Translations under genes and position numbers: made by a program | Notes under the pieces: generated by a model | What the model saw: the letters and a program-made list of their open reading frames with translations, nothing else | What the model was told of the DNA's origin: nothing | The model's database searches: none | In this document: piece after piece, positions 38,210 to 48,270 of the stretch | Position numbering within the stretch: position 1 is the first letter of the stretch | Layout of the letters: every line of letters starts with the position of its first letter | Assembly: GCA_050916045.1 (NCBI GenBank) | Contig: CP051526.1 | Location: 2,464,001 to 2,528,000, forward strand | Direction: 5' to 3' | DNA: 64,000 nucleotides | DNA from: Tepidisphaera sp. | Lineage (GTDB): Bacteria > Planctomycetota > Phycisphaerae > Phycisphaerales > UBA1924

Positions 38210-39025
38210 TCAGGCCTGCGCGGGCTGTTCGGCGTCGTCACGCTTGAACTGCGAGCGGGTCGAGCGGCGGGGACGCTCGCCGGCGGGCTCGCCACCGGAG
38301 GCATCAGAGCCTCCGGCAGAGTTCAGAGCCTTAGCCTGCTCGCGTTCGCTGCGACCTTCGGCGACGGCGAGGCAGAGCTCGCGGACGATCACGTCGATCG
38401 ACCGCATGCTGTCGTCGTTGCCGGGGATGGCGATGTCGGCCATCTCGGGGTTGCCGTCGGTGTCGATCAGGCAGATCGTCGGGATGCCGAGCTTGCGGGC
38501 TTCGAGGAGGCCGGTGGTCTCGGCCTTGGTGTCGATGATGACCATCACGCCCGGGAGCTTGTCCATGTGGCGGATGCCCTCGAGGTTGCGCTTGATCTTG
38601 TCCATTTCGCGGCGCAGCTGGGATTCCATCTTCTTGGAGTAGCTGGCGAAGTTGTCGTTCTGCTGGATCGCTTCGAGCTCTTCGAGGCGCTTGAGACGGG
38701 CGCGGATCGTGCGGAAGTTGGTGAGCGTGCCGCCCAGCCAACGCTCGGTCACGTAGTGCTGCTTGACGTCGGGAACTCGGGACTCAAGCACGGTCTTGGC
38801 CTGACGCTTGGTGCCGACGAAGCAGACATCCTTGCCGGACGCGACGGTCTTGGTGATGAACTTCTTCGCGAGGAGGAGACCCTTGAGGGTTTCCTTGATG
38901 TCGATGATGTGGATGCCGTTGCGCTTGCCGTAGATGTACGGGCCCATGCGCGGGTTCCAATTCGAGGCCCGCTGGCCGAAGTGGATGCCCGACTCGATCA
39001 GATCCTGCACCAGTTGATTCGCCAT
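38210..39025 (-). CDS. rpsB: 30S ribosomal protein S2
   Basis: GIHFG...WNPRM, HIIDI, FVGTK, RWLGGTLTN, IPGNDD; SD AAGGA before ATG 39025. Confidence 0.98.
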   Translation of the reverse strand: MANQLVQDLIESGIHFGQRASNWNPRMGPYIYGKRNGIHIIDIKETLKGLLLAKKFITKTVASGKDVCFVGTKRQAKTVLESRVPDVKQHYVTERWLGGTLTNFRTIRARLKRLEELEAIQQNDNFASYSKKMESQLRREMDKIKRNLEGIRHMDKLPGVMVIIDTKAETTGLLEARKLGIPTICLIDTDGNPEMADIAIPGNDDSMRSIDVIVRELCLAVAEGRSEREQAKALNSAGGSDASGGEPAGERPRRSTRSQFKRDDAEQPAQA

Positions 39026-39570
39026 GACCAAATCCTTCACAAACAGCGACACCGACGGGAGGGGTTGCCGGCTCCCCCCAACCGCCTGAGGCGAGAGGGA
39101 GAAACACCAAGCCCCGTCAAAGGGCGCTTCCAGTGGGGGTTCCGAATCATTCGGAATGGCCCCGAGCAAGAAAGAACACACCGCACGCCGCTTCACCCAA
39201 CCCTCCGCGCGGCACGCGGGACCGACCTGACAACCCAAGATCGATCGCCGGACTGTAGGCTTCAAACCAGGGTGTTTCCGCCCGCGGGGGTACTCCGGGG
39301 TCCCCCCCGTGCAAAGCACCCGTCAGGGGCGCGACCACCCCTCCCACCACCCCAACCGGGAAGGTCCGCCCCAGCCGTGATTTCGGCAATGGCCACAACC
39401 TTTCGCGAGCTTTATGCCCATATCAGGTGGTTTTTTCTGTGGGTCGTGCCGTTTGGGCGGCCTGCGCCGCCTGTGAGTGGCCCAACTCACCCATTCGGGG
39501 TCAACCGAGGGGTGGCGCGACACGATATCAAAGCCGACTCGGGCACCGAGCGATAACGGAGATTCCACCG

Positions 39571-40347
39571 ATGGACAAAGCAAGTGCGATGGGGTCGGCG
39601 CTCATGGCGGGTGCGGTGCTTCTGGTCTGCTACCAGGCGACGGCGGGCGACCTGAAGTCCCTGTGGTCCGAGAAGGGCTTCATCATGGTGATCATCGGGT
39701 CGGTCGCCGCGGTGCTGATGGCGATGTCGCTCGAGCGGATCAAGATGGTGCCGGGGTACATCCGTCGGTTCCTGTTCTGCAAGAGCAAGCCGGTTCTTGA
39801 GACGATCAAGGTCATGACGCAGCTGGCGGACAAGTCACGCCGGGACGGGATCCTGTCGCTTGAGAGCGAAGTGGCGAAGATCGACGATCCGTTCCTGGCG
39901 AACGGGCTGAAGATGGCGGTGGACGGTGTGGATCCGGAGATGATCGAAACGACGCTTCGCCTTGAGATCATGGCGATGCAGGAACGTCACAAGAGCGGCA
40001 AGAAGTTTTTCGACCTGCTCAAGGTGTACGGGCCGGGGCTGGGGCTGGTCGCGACGCTGATGGGTCAGATCGGCATGTTCAAGAACCTGGGCGGCGACAT
40101 CGCGACGATGGGCTACATGCTGGCCGTGGCCGTCGTGGCGACGATGTACGGGACGGTGCTCGCGAACTGCATCGCCGGGCCGATGGGGGACAAGCTCGCG
40201 TTCCGGTCGGGCGAGGAGATTCTCGGCCGCGAGATGATTCTGCAGGGGATCCTCTCGATTCAGGCGGGGGAGAACCCGCGGGCGACGCTGGACAAGATGG
40301 CCGCGTTCGTGCCGGCGATCACCCGTGACAAACTCAAGGCCGCCTAA
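39571..40347 (+). CDS. motA: MotA family stator subunit
   Basis: RRDGILSLE, DPFL..GL.M.VDG, PGLGLVATLMG, ATMYG, G.LSIQAGENP. Confidence 0.85.
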   Translation: MDKASAMGSALMAGAVLLVCYQATAGDLKSLWSEKGFIMVIIGSVAAVLMAMSLERIKMVPGYIRRFLFCKSKPVLETIKVMTQLADKSRRDGILSLESEVAKIDDPFLANGLKMAVDGVDPEMIETTLRLEIMAMQERHKSGKKFFDLLKVYGPGLGLVATLMGQIGMFKNLGGDIATMGYMLAVAVVATMYGTVLANCIAGPMGDKLAFRSGEEILGREMILQGILSIQAGENPRATLDKMAAFVPAITRDKLKAA

Positions 40348-40365
40348 GCGAGGGAGGACCAGACC

Positions 40366-41187
40366 ATGGCAGAACATGCGTCGGGGGGGCACGGCAAGGG
40401 CGGGGAGCATGGCGAAGGAACGGAGCACAAGAAGCACAAGAAGCACGTTCCTCACATGCACGAGGAGCATGAGCACGAGGAAGGCTGGATCGTTTCGTTC
40501 GCCGACAACGTGCTTCTGATGATGGGCTTCTTCGTGATCCTGCTGGCGATGAACATGGGGCCCAAGGGCTCATCGGCGTCGGGGGATTCCGAAGGTACCG
40601 GCCAGCCCAATGCGGGGGTGCTGGACTTTGCGATCGCGGTCCGCGAGGCATTCCACAACCCGGTCAACCTCAACTCGACGGCCACGGCCGATCAGCCGCT
40701 GATCCGCCGCCTGAAGGAGAGACAGTCGCGCGGGACCGAGCGTACCCGCGGGCCCGAGGGAGAAGACCAGAAAGCCCAGACGGTCCGCCACGCGGACTGG
40801 GTGGGCGAGGACGGCTACGTCACCTTTGCGGACAACGAGTTTCAGCTCTCCGACACCGCGAAAGCGGCGATCCGGCAGTTCAGCGAGAACGTGGCGGGCA
40901 CGCGCTGGATGGTCGAGATCCGCGGGCACGCGAGCCGCTGGGAAAGCTGGGGCGACGAGCGGAAAGCCAGGTTCCTCTCGTACGAGCGGGCGTGGGTCGT
41001 CGGCAACGAGCTCATCCGGCACGGCGTGTCGTGGGATCAGATCCGGCTGGTGGCCGGCGGTGACGGCGAGCCGTTCCGCACGATCAGCCGCGACAAGCAG
41101 GATCGGGCGCCGAACCAGCGCGCGGAGCTCTACGTGCTCAACGAACAGGCGCCGGCGGACATCTTCACGACGCGGCCGAAGCGCTGA
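40366..41187 (+). CDS. motB: MotB family stator subunit with OmpA-like domain and His-rich N-terminus
   Basis: WIVSFADNVLLMMGFFVILLAM TM with the conserved Asp; VEIRGH...LSYERA, NQR.E OmpA-like motifs. Confidence 0.82.
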   Translation: MAEHASGGHGKGGEHGEGTEHKKHKKHVPHMHEEHEHEEGWIVSFADNVLLMMGFFVILLAMNMGPKGSSASGDSEGTGQPNAGVLDFAIAVREAFHNPVNLNSTATADQPLIRRLKERQSRGTERTRGPEGEDQKAQTVRHADWVGEDGYVTFADNEFQLSDTAKAAIRQFSENVAGTRWMVEIRGHASRWESWGDERKARFLSYERAWVVGNELIRHGVSWDQIRLVAGGDGEPFRTISRDKQDRAPNQRAELYVLNEQAPADIFTTRPKR

Positions 41188-41191
41188 GCGA

Positions 41192-42190
41192 TCAGTACGC
41201 CAGGCACTGGCCGATGGCTTCCGCGATGCGACCGGCGTCGGGGATGTACTCGAGCTCGAGCTTGTAGTACGGCATGACGGTGTCAAAGCCGGTCACGCGC
41301 TGGACGGGTGCCTTGAGGTGCAGGAAGCAGTGTTCCTGGATGAGCGTGGCGATCTCGCTGGCCATGCTTGCGGTTTTCGGAGCTTCGCAGACGATGACGC
41401 ATCGGCCGGTCTTCTGCACGCTCTGAATAATGGTGTCGGTGTCGAGGGGGTAGATGGTGCGGAGGTCGATGAGTTCGACGGAGACATCTTCGGGGAGGCC
41501 GTCCATGGCTTTGAGGCAGTCAAAGACGGGGGCGCCCCAGGAGATGAGCGTGAGGTCGGTTCCTTCGCTGACGACCTTGGCTTCGCCGATGTTGATGGTG
41601 TAGTCCTCTTCGGGGATGTGCTCGCGGAAGGAGCGGTAGACGCGCTTAGGCTCGAAGAAGACGACAGGATCGGGGTCGCGGATGGCGGCGAGGAGGAGTC
41701 CCTTGGCGTCGTAGGGGGTGCAGGGCATGACGACCTTGAGACCCGGGGTGTGAGCGTAAATGGCTTCGGGGGAGTCGCTATGAAGCTCGGGAGCGTGGAT
41801 GCCGCCGCCGACTGGGACGCGGACGACCATCGGGATCGTGACGGCGCCGCGGGTGCGCGAGCGGTAGCGGGCGGCGTGGTTGGTGAGCTGGTCGTACGCC
41901 GGTCCGAGGAACCCGTCGAACTGGATCTCCGGGATCGGACGCATCCCGGCCATCGCCAGGCCGATCGCGGTGCCCATGATGCCGGACTCGGAGAGGGGCG
42001 TGTCGATGGAGCGCTGGTCGCCGAACCGCTTCTGAAGCCCGTCGGTCACGCGGAAGACGCCGCCGTTGAGGCCCACGTCCTCGCCAAGGCAGACGACGCG
42101 TTCATCGCGCTCCATCTCCTGATAGAGCGCCTCGTTGATGGCGTCGACGAGGGTCAGGCCCTTTTCATTCATCATGTCGGTACGGGGCAT
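41192..42190 (-). CDS. 2-oxoacid (pyruvate/branched-chain) dehydrogenase E1 beta subunit
   Basis: GEDVG..GGVFR, DTPLSE, EIQF, HSDS.E, FEPK, IDLRT. Confidence 0.93.
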   Translation of the reverse strand: MPRTDMMNEKGLTLVDAINEALYQEMERDERVVCLGEDVGLNGGVFRVTDGLQKRFGDQRSIDTPLSESGIMGTAIGLAMAGMRPIPEIQFDGFLGPAYDQLTNHAARYRSRTRGAVTIPMVVRVPVGGGIHAPELHSDSPEAIYAHTPGLKVVMPCTPYDAKGLLLAAIRDPDPVVFFEPKRVYRSFREHIPEEDYTINIGEAKVVSEGTDLTLISWGAPVFDCLKAMDGLPEDVSVELIDLRTIYPLDTDTIIQSVQKTGRCVIVCEAPKTASMASEIATLIQEHCFLHLKAPVQRVTGFDTVMPYYKLELEYIPDAGRIAEAIGQCLAY

Positions 42191-42272
42191 CGGGGGCTCC
42201 GGAAGCGGTGGTGGTCGGACGGATCGACCGGCAGTTTATGTCCGTCGGAATGGGGCGGCTACCATGCGGCCC

Positions 42273-42785
42273 ATGGGTTCCAAGACGAAAAAAGCCCCGA
42301 AGATCGCGGTGGTCGTCAGCCGGTACAACGAGGGGGTCACCGACGCGCTTCTGAACGGGGCGGTCGAGGCCTATACAGCGTTCGGCGGCAGAGCGTCGAA
42401 TCTCCACGTTTTCGAGGCTCCGGGCGCGTTTGAGCTTTCCGTGCTTTGTTCGGAAGCGGCTCTGACGGGGCGGTACGCCGGGGTGGTGGCTTTGGGGTGC
42501 GTGATCAAGGGAGACACGCGGCACGACGAGTACATCAATCACGCGGTGGCGCAGGGCATCACGCAGGCTTCCATCGAGACGGGCGTGCCGATCGCGTTCG
42601 GCCTTGTGACGACGGAGAACGCGGCGCAGGCGACGGCGCGGGCGGGGGGCAAGAGCGGGAACAAGGGTGAAGAGGCGATGCTGGCGTTGATCGATACGCT
42701 CGCGGCAATGCGGGCGATCCGGGACGGCAAGCCGGAGAAGATCGCCCGGGCGGTGAAGGACAAAACCTCAAAGGTGAAACGTTGA
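42273..42785 (+). CDS. ribH: 6,7-dimethyl-8-ribityllumazine synthase
   Basis: VVSRYN, PGAFEL, LGCVIKGDTRHDEYI, FGLVT, NKG.EA. Confidence 0.95.
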   Translation: MGSKTKKAPKIAVVVSRYNEGVTDALLNGAVEAYTAFGGRASNLHVFEAPGAFELSVLCSEAALTGRYAGVVALGCVIKGDTRHDEYINHAVAQGITQASIETGVPIAFGLVTTENAAQATARAGGKSGNKGEEAMLALIDTLAAMRAIRDGKPEKIARAVKDKTSKVKR

Positions 42786-43225
42786 CGACCACGAGCTTTC
42801 AGATTCGTTCGCTGGCATTCCAGTTGATCTTCCAGCTTGACGCTTCGCCGGAAGGGAACGTCGCGGAGCTGGCGGCGGCGATGGAGCACGGGCTTGACGA
42901 ACCGAAAGACGTTCGGAAAGCGACGGAGCTTGCGCAAGCGGCGTTCGACGCGCGGGCGGCTTCGGACGCGGCGACGCTTGAGCTTGCGCCGGGCTGGCCG
43001 GCCCACCGTCAGCCCGCGATTGACCGTGCGATCCTTCGGCTTGGGCACTATGAGCTGATCAAGGGGACGGCTCCCGGGCCGGCGGTGATCGATGACGCGG
43101 TGAAGCTGGCGAAGGAGTTCGGGACGGAGAAGTCGCCCCCCTTCGTGAATGCGCTGCTCGACAAGATCTATAAAGCCAAACAGGCCGGTGGACAGGCGGG
43201 CGGGGCGGTCGGCGGCGCGGTGTAA
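42782..43225 (+). CDS. nusB: Transcription antitermination factor NusB
   Basis: IDRAILRLG.YE, VIDDAVKLAKEFG, FVNALLD; overlaps the ribH stop. Confidence 0.92.
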   Translation: MTTTSFQIRSLAFQLIFQLDASPEGNVAELAAAMEHGLDEPKDVRKATELAQAAFDARAASDAATLELAPGWPAHRQPAIDRAILRLGHYELIKGTAPGPAVIDDAVKLAKEFGTEKSPPFVNALLDKIYKAKQAGGQAGGAVGGAV

Positions 43226-43228
43226 TCG

Positions 43229-44227
43229 ATGGGGTTCTTCAAATCCATCCTCGGCAAGGTCAAAGCGGGTCTGGAAAAGACCCGCGAGGTTCTCGTCGTC
43301 GGGCTCAAATCGATCCTGCTCGGCCGGCGACTTGATGAGGAACTGATCAACGAGATCGAGCAACGTCTGCTGCTGGCGGATGTCGGGACGGCGGCGACGG
43401 CGCGGCTGATCGACCGCATCCGCGCGGATTTCAGGTCCGGCAAGATGAGCAAGGGCGATGAAGCCCTCGACTACATGAAAGCCGAGTTGAAAGCGATGTG
43501 GCCGCCGGCGGACCGCGAGCTTCATTTCGCAGAGACCGGCCCGACGGTCATCCTCGTCACGGGCGTCAACGGCGTGGGCAAGACCACGAGCATCGCGAAG
43601 ATGTGCTCGCTGCTTCGGGGCCGAGGGAAGTCCGTCATGCTCGCGGCGTGCGACACGTTCCGAGCCGGGGCGGTGCGACAGCTTGAAATCTGGGGGGAGC
43701 GTCTGGGTGTCTCGGTCGTCAAGGGACAGGCCGGCGGCGATCCTGCCGCGGTCGCGTTCGATGCGTGCGCGGCGGCGAAAGCCCGCAACATCGACGTGCT
43801 CATCATCGACACCGCGGGGCGGCTTCAGACGCAGGATCCGCTGATGCGGCAGCTCGCGAAGATCCGGAGCGTGATCGGCAAGCAGATCGCCGGCGCGCCG
43901 CACGAGACCCTGCTGGTGCTCGACGCGACGCAGGGGCAGAACGCTTTGGTCCAGGCGAAGGAGTTCGGGAAGACGCTCGGAGAGAGCGACCAGCGAACCG
44001 CGACCGGCGAGCAGGGCAAAGGCAAGACCGAAACCCCCGTGGCGAACGTGTCGGGCCTGACCGGGATCTTCCTCACCAAGCTCGACGGCACCGCCAAGGG
44101 CGGCATCGTGGTCGCGATCAAGGACGCGACGAGCGTGCCGGTGAAGTTCATCGGCGTCGGCGAGACGCCGGAAGATGTCCAGCCGTTTGACCCCGAGGGG
44201 TTCGTCGAAGCTCTCTTCCAGGAGTAG
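43229..44227 (+). CDS. ftsY: Signal recognition particle receptor FtsY
   Basis: GVNGVGKTT, DTFRAGA, DTAGRL, TKLDGTAKGG, IGVGE. Confidence 0.97.
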   Translation: MGFFKSILGKVKAGLEKTREVLVVGLKSILLGRRLDEELINEIEQRLLLADVGTAATARLIDRIRADFRSGKMSKGDEALDYMKAELKAMWPPADRELHFAETGPTVILVTGVNGVGKTTSIAKMCSLLRGRGKSVMLAACDTFRAGAVRQLEIWGERLGVSVVKGQAGGDPAAVAFDACAAAKARNIDVLIIDTAGRLQTQDPLMRQLAKIRSVIGKQIAGAPHETLLVLDATQGQNALVQAKEFGKTLGESDQRTATGEQGKGKTETPVANVSGLTGIFLTKLDGTAKGGIVVAIKDATSVPVKFIGVGETPEDVQPFDPEGFVEALFQE

Positions 44228-44255
44228 GCCGGCGGCCTTCGGTATACTCCGGCCG

Positions 44256-45020
44256 ATGATCGAGCAACCACAGGGCGAAGCGTTCGCGACGTTTGAGTTC
44301 TCGCTCACGCGTCAGGACTACGTGAAGCTCCACCACGAGGTGGTCGCAACGAGCCCGGAGTGGCGGTCGTACATCAAATCCACGCGCCGTCGGGCGCTTG
44401 GGTCCACCCTCGGCGGCGCGATCGGTATCGCTTTGGGATTCGTGCCACTGATCGCCTTTGCCATGGAGGAGCGGGTCAGCGAGTTCTTGATCGGGATGGG
44501 GCTCTGCCTTTCGGCGGCGTCCTCCGCTGCGCTGTACAACGCCTCGACGTTGCGCAAGCAACTGCGAGAGCAGGTCGAAGGCACGGCGCTTGCGGCGAAG
44601 TCCTCGACGGATGCCTACGACTGGGGCGTCTGGCGGATGGCGTTCTTCGCCGAGGGCGTGCGATTCACAACGGCCTATCGCGACGGCCTTTCATCGTGGG
44701 CGGTGATCCTCCAGGTCAAGGAGTTTCCGTCGTTCATCGTCGTCGAAGAGATCAGCCACGGCGCGTACACGATCCCGCGAAGCCAGTTCGCGAACGAGCA
44801 CGCCGAGCGGGCGTTCATCGAGCGGTGCCGGGCCGTGCTCGCCGAGCGCGGCGCGGGTGTTGCGAACCGCATCGCGAAGTTCCTTGCCGACCACGATGTC
44901 GCGTGCCCCTCGTGCGGGTACGCTCTCCGCGGATGCGGCGGCGTGGCCTGTCCGGAGTGCGGCCTGCCGCTGACGCTCGCCAACGTTCCGCAAGCGATCG
45001 AAAGGCCCCCCACCCCATGA
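44256..45020 (+). CDS. YcxB-like membrane protein with C-terminal zinc ribbon
   Basis: Two TMs, W..I..V.E....IPR..F YcxB-like segment, CPSCGYALRG..CPECG. Confidence 0.7.
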   Translation: MIEQPQGEAFATFEFSLTRQDYVKLHHEVVATSPEWRSYIKSTRRRALGSTLGGAIGIALGFVPLIAFAMEERVSEFLIGMGLCLSAASSAALYNASTLRKQLREQVEGTALAAKSSTDAYDWGVWRMAFFAEGVRFTTAYRDGLSSWAVILQVKEFPSFIVVEEISHGAYTIPRSQFANEHAERAFIERCRAVLAERGAGVANRIAKFLADHDVACPSCGYALRGCGGVACPECGLPLTLANVPQAIERPPTP

Positions 45021-45937
45021 GCAAGCGTGATGAACCGCACATCTCGGTCATGCCGCGCGAGGTCATGCGGGTGCTCTCGCCCAAGCCGGGACAGACGATC
45101 GTCGACTGCACGCTGGGCTTGGGGGGGCATTCGGGGCTGCTTCTGCCGCGGGTGCATCCGGGCGGGCGGGTGATCGGCATCGACCTGGACCCTGCGAATC
45201 TGGCGGCGGCTCGCGAGTATCTGACGTGGGTCGGCGGCCGGTTTGACCTCTTCCACAACAACTTCGCGGGGTTGCCCGCGGTGCTCGGTCAAGCGGGGAT
45301 CGAGGATGGGCGCGTCGACGGCATTCTGGCGGACGTGGGCGTGGCGAGCACGCAGATCGACGATCCGGCCCGCGGCTTTTCGTACCGAAGGCCGGGGCCG
45401 CTTGACATGCGGATGGACCCGACGCGGGGGCAGCCGGCGTCGGCTCTTCTGCAGCGGATGACGCGCGAAGAGATCGAGAAGGCGCTGCTCGAACTGGGCG
45501 ATGAGACCGACGCGCCGTACATCGCCAAGCTGCTCGTCGAACGGCGGGCGGTCAAGCCGATCACGACGACCGACGAGCTGACGGCGATCGTCTGCGAAGC
45601 CCGTGATTTCACGCTGGAGCGGGCTCTTGGTGCCAAACTCCACCCCGCCGCGCGGACCTTTCAGACGCTGCGGCTTCTGGTCAACCGTGAGCTTGCGAAT
45701 CTGGAACGCCTGCTCGCGGTGATCCCGCAGTCGCTCAAGCCCGGCGGCGTTGCGGCGATCATCAGCTTTCATAGCGGCGAGGACCGTCTGGTCAAGCGGA
45801 GTTTCCGCGACGGCCGGGCGGCGGGGGTGTACTCCGCCATCAGCGAGGAGCCGCTCACCGCGGCCGAGGATGAGGTCAAGGACAACCCGCGGTCGAGGTC
45901 GGCGAAGCTGCGGTGGGCGCGGCTTGCGAATCCGTGA
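45017..45937 (+). CDS. rsmH: 16S rRNA (cytosine1402-N4)-methyltransferase
   Basis: HISVM, DCTLGLGGHS, D.GV.S.QID...RGFS, PLDMRM, ISFHSGEDR.VK, NPRSRSAKLR. Confidence 0.96.
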   Translation: MSKRDEPHISVMPREVMRVLSPKPGQTIVDCTLGLGGHSGLLLPRVHPGGRVIGIDLDPANLAAAREYLTWVGGRFDLFHNNFAGLPAVLGQAGIEDGRVDGILADVGVASTQIDDPARGFSYRRPGPLDMRMDPTRGQPASALLQRMTREEIEKALLELGDETDAPYIAKLLVERRAVKPITTTDELTAIVCEARDFTLERALGAKLHPAARTFQTLRLLVNRELANLERLLAVIPQSLKPGGVAAIISFHSGEDRLVKRSFRDGRAAGVYSAISEEPLTAAEDEVKDNPRSRSAKLRWARLANP

Positions 45938-46149
45938 CCGGCCCCACCCCCCCCCAATAAAAACGACATCACGCGAGCTATCATCCTGTGCGTGATCCAT
46001 CGACTTTCTCCGTGCAGGTAGTTTCCCGGCTCTGAGCGTGTGCTTTCGAGCACCGCCGACCGGGCCCCACCCACAACATCGCGGGTTTGCAGACGAGCCG
46101 CCGTCCATGTGACGGTCCGGTGGCGTCGTTCCGCGATCACGGAGATCGC

Positions 46150-46644
46150 ATGTTCATTCGATTTGAGGTGGCCGGCCAGGGCATCTGGACGGCTCCATGG
46201 GACGTCGCTGCGCCGGCGGATCGGGCGTGGCGCTGGTCGCACAAGCTGGGGAAGGGCGCAAGACGCATCCGCCGCATGAAGCCCGAGACGCAGCACGAGT
46301 ACCACTTCCTGCTCGCCGCGCTCACACGCGACCTGGATTCGCCCCCCGCGCACGTGTACGCCGCCAAGCCGGGCTTCCGCTGCATCACGTTCTTCCGCAT
46401 GGCCGGCCCGACGCACGACCAGAACTGCGCCGGCTGGCAAGCCATCACGCTGCTCCGCGAGCACGGCTGGCCCGCGTACGAGGTCTTCAGGCACAAACCC
46501 CCGGGCCGCGTGACGTTTCAGGACGAACGCCAGATCGTCGTCGCGATTCGAGCCCCCAAACCAAGGCACGAGCGGGGCGGATGGAACGGCGATCGAGCGA
46601 CGATCAGGAGGTGGAAGGAAAGCGAACCAAGCGGAACGGATTGA
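46150..46644 (+). CDS. Hypothetical protein
   Basis: SD GGAG before ATG 46150; globular-looking sequence ending ..PGRVTFQDERQIVVA. Confidence 0.6.
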   Translation: MFIRFEVAGQGIWTAPWDVAAPADRAWRWSHKLGKGARRIRRMKPETQHEYHFLLAALTRDLDSPPAHVYAAKPGFRCITFFRMAGPTHDQNCAGWQAITLLREHGWPAYEVFRHKPPGRVTFQDERQIVVAIRAPKPRHERGGWNGDRATIRRWKESEPSGTD

Positions 46645-46833
46645 GACCCCGCAGGGGTCGGATCCAGTAGCCGGGGGCAACGCCCCCGGTTTCACGCCGC
46701 GCACCGCGACGACCCCGCAGGGGTCGGATCACGCGCGCTGCGCGGACCGATCGGACCCTTGCAGGGTCCGCAACCTCGATCATCCACACCGGGGGCGTTG
46801 CCCCCGGCTACTCCATACCAGCCCTGCGGGCTG
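46645..46833. repeat. REP/BIME (REPIN)-like composite palindromic element
   Basis: GTAGCCGGGGGCAACGCCCCCGG (46667-46689) and its exact reverse complement (46789-46811), plus GACCCCGCAGGGGTC x2 and related small palindromes. Confidence 0.8.
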
Positions 46834-46947
46834 AAGATGTGCCATCGAAGTCGCTTCGACTTCGATGGATGGACGCGAACCATCGAAGTCGCAAAGCCGA
46901 CTTCGATGCCACGGGACATCGATGCTACCCGGCGACTTGGTGCGGCG

Positions 46948-48270
46948 TCAACTGGCGGTGCCCGGCTCTGTCGGTGCCACCTGCTTAGCCCTCGCATCGT
47001 CCCCGCAACTGGATCTGCGATCGACTTCAGCCTGAAGTTGCGTAATGACGGTGTCGTGTTCCCTGAAATCGAAGCGAATGTTCACACCAATCCATGCTTG
47101 CGACCGTGACAAACGGACGTCTTCTGACCACAACTCCGTCACACCGTTGCACATCATCCAGCCAAACCACTTCGCGAAGTCTAGGAGTCGCTTAGCACTG
47201 TCCACAGAACCATCGTCGCACGGATCCTCTACACTGTGCGGATACACCTCCAAGGCCTCCTTCGCAAAGTTCAGGCCGATCTGAATGCGAAAAGCGGTAT
47301 CTCGGCGTAGTGTCGCGATCAGCAGACCTCCCCCGACTGAGTGGTACTCAGTCGCCATAGATTCAAACAGGCCAAGTCTCGGTCTATCGCGAAGGCGAAG
47401 CGAAACAATTCGAGGAAGGTCACTGAAGTGCTCCTTGCTAATGCAATTTCCCGCCTTCAAGGAGGTGAGTGTGCTAGGGTCGAGGCGAGATCTGAACCCC
47501 TCCAACTCATAGAGATGAAGCTTGTGAAATTCTCTTTCCGTCAGAACTCCGTGTTCGGCAACAATATAGTGCCTAGCTAGTGCACGGACTAGCGGCATAT
47601 CCAGGGCCATTCGGAGTTCGTCCGCTGGATCATCCGGGTTGACAACTACACGGTTTTCGGCACTGACAGACGCGTGAGCAACAGCACATCGAGCTTCCGT
47701 ATAAAGATACTCTCCGACATCTGAATGCACCGCTGCAAGCTCCCTAAGCCGCTCAGTGGCCTCGCGATCAGCAAGCTTGGAGAGGTTCGCATTGATCCAG
47801 GCTTTCTGCTGTCTTCCGGTAGAACCGACCATGTTCAAAATGCGAAAGTAGCTAAGCACCTTGAATGGCACGTATTCTACTGAGGTAGCTTCTCGATAGA
47901 GGGCTAGGGCTAGCCTCGCGTCGTCCGAAACCGGATCAGCGAGATAGTCGAACCATCCAAGACCCGTGTAACGGGTGTTCGATTTGCCAATGTTGAGCGG
48001 CAGAGGACGTGACCAAGTTGACCACAGCACGAAGGCGGCTTGACCCGTCGCCCAGCACAAGGCTGACAAGAACGCCCTCACGGTTCCGTGTGCAGTGATT
48101 CTGTCTAGCGACGCACTTAGCTCAACTTGCACCAACGGGTAAACTGTGTCCGTCTCAGGTTTCAGCACCAACGTCACTCCACGGAACTGAATCTCGCGCT
48201 GCACGTCCGGCCACGGTGCAGTCGTTTTGATTGCACAGGAGATCCATCCGCTCGTTTCGGAGTTTGGCAT
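46948..48270 (-). CDS. MauJ-like / HEPN-superfamily protein, low GC (likely horizontally acquired)
   Basis: LALALYREA...FKVLSYFRILN...YLYTEARCAVAHA with Rx4H motif; visibly AT-richer, many CTAG. Confidence 0.7.
   Translation of the reverse strand: MPNSETSGWISCAIKTTAPWPDVQREIQFRGVTLVLKPETDTVYPLVQVELSASLDRITAHGTVRAFLSALCWATGQAAFVLWSTWSRPLPLNIGKSNTRYTGLGWFDYLADPVSDDARLALALYREATSVEYVPFKVLSYFRILNMVGSTGRQQKAWINANLSKLADREATERLRELAAVHSDVGEYLYTEARCAVAHASVSAENRVVVNPDDPADELRMALDMPLVRALARHYIVAEHGVLTEREFHKLHLYELEGFRSRLDPSTLTSLKAGNCISKEHFSDLPRIVSLRLRDRPRLGLFESMATEYHSVGGGLLIATLRRDTAFRIQIGLNFAKEALEVYPHSVEDPCDDGSVDSAKRLLDFAKWFGWMMCNGVTELWSEDVRLSRSQAWIGVNIRFDFREHDTVITQLQAEVDRRSSCGDDARAKQVAPTEPGTAS

Noticed and set aside
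39026..39260. S2 autoregulatory leader RNA upstream of rpsB
   Set aside because: A long leader with a possible TACAGT -10 is present, but I could not match a defined structure by eye; needs an Rfam scan
39571..41187. Zorya (ZorAB) defence system
   Set aside because: The MotA-like protein lacks the long ZorA tail and no zorC/D/E genes are adjacent
43975..44050. Short polar insertion in the FtsY G domain (GESDQRTATGEQGKGKTETP)
   Set aside because: Probably a variable surface loop; GTPase motifs are intact and there are no intein features
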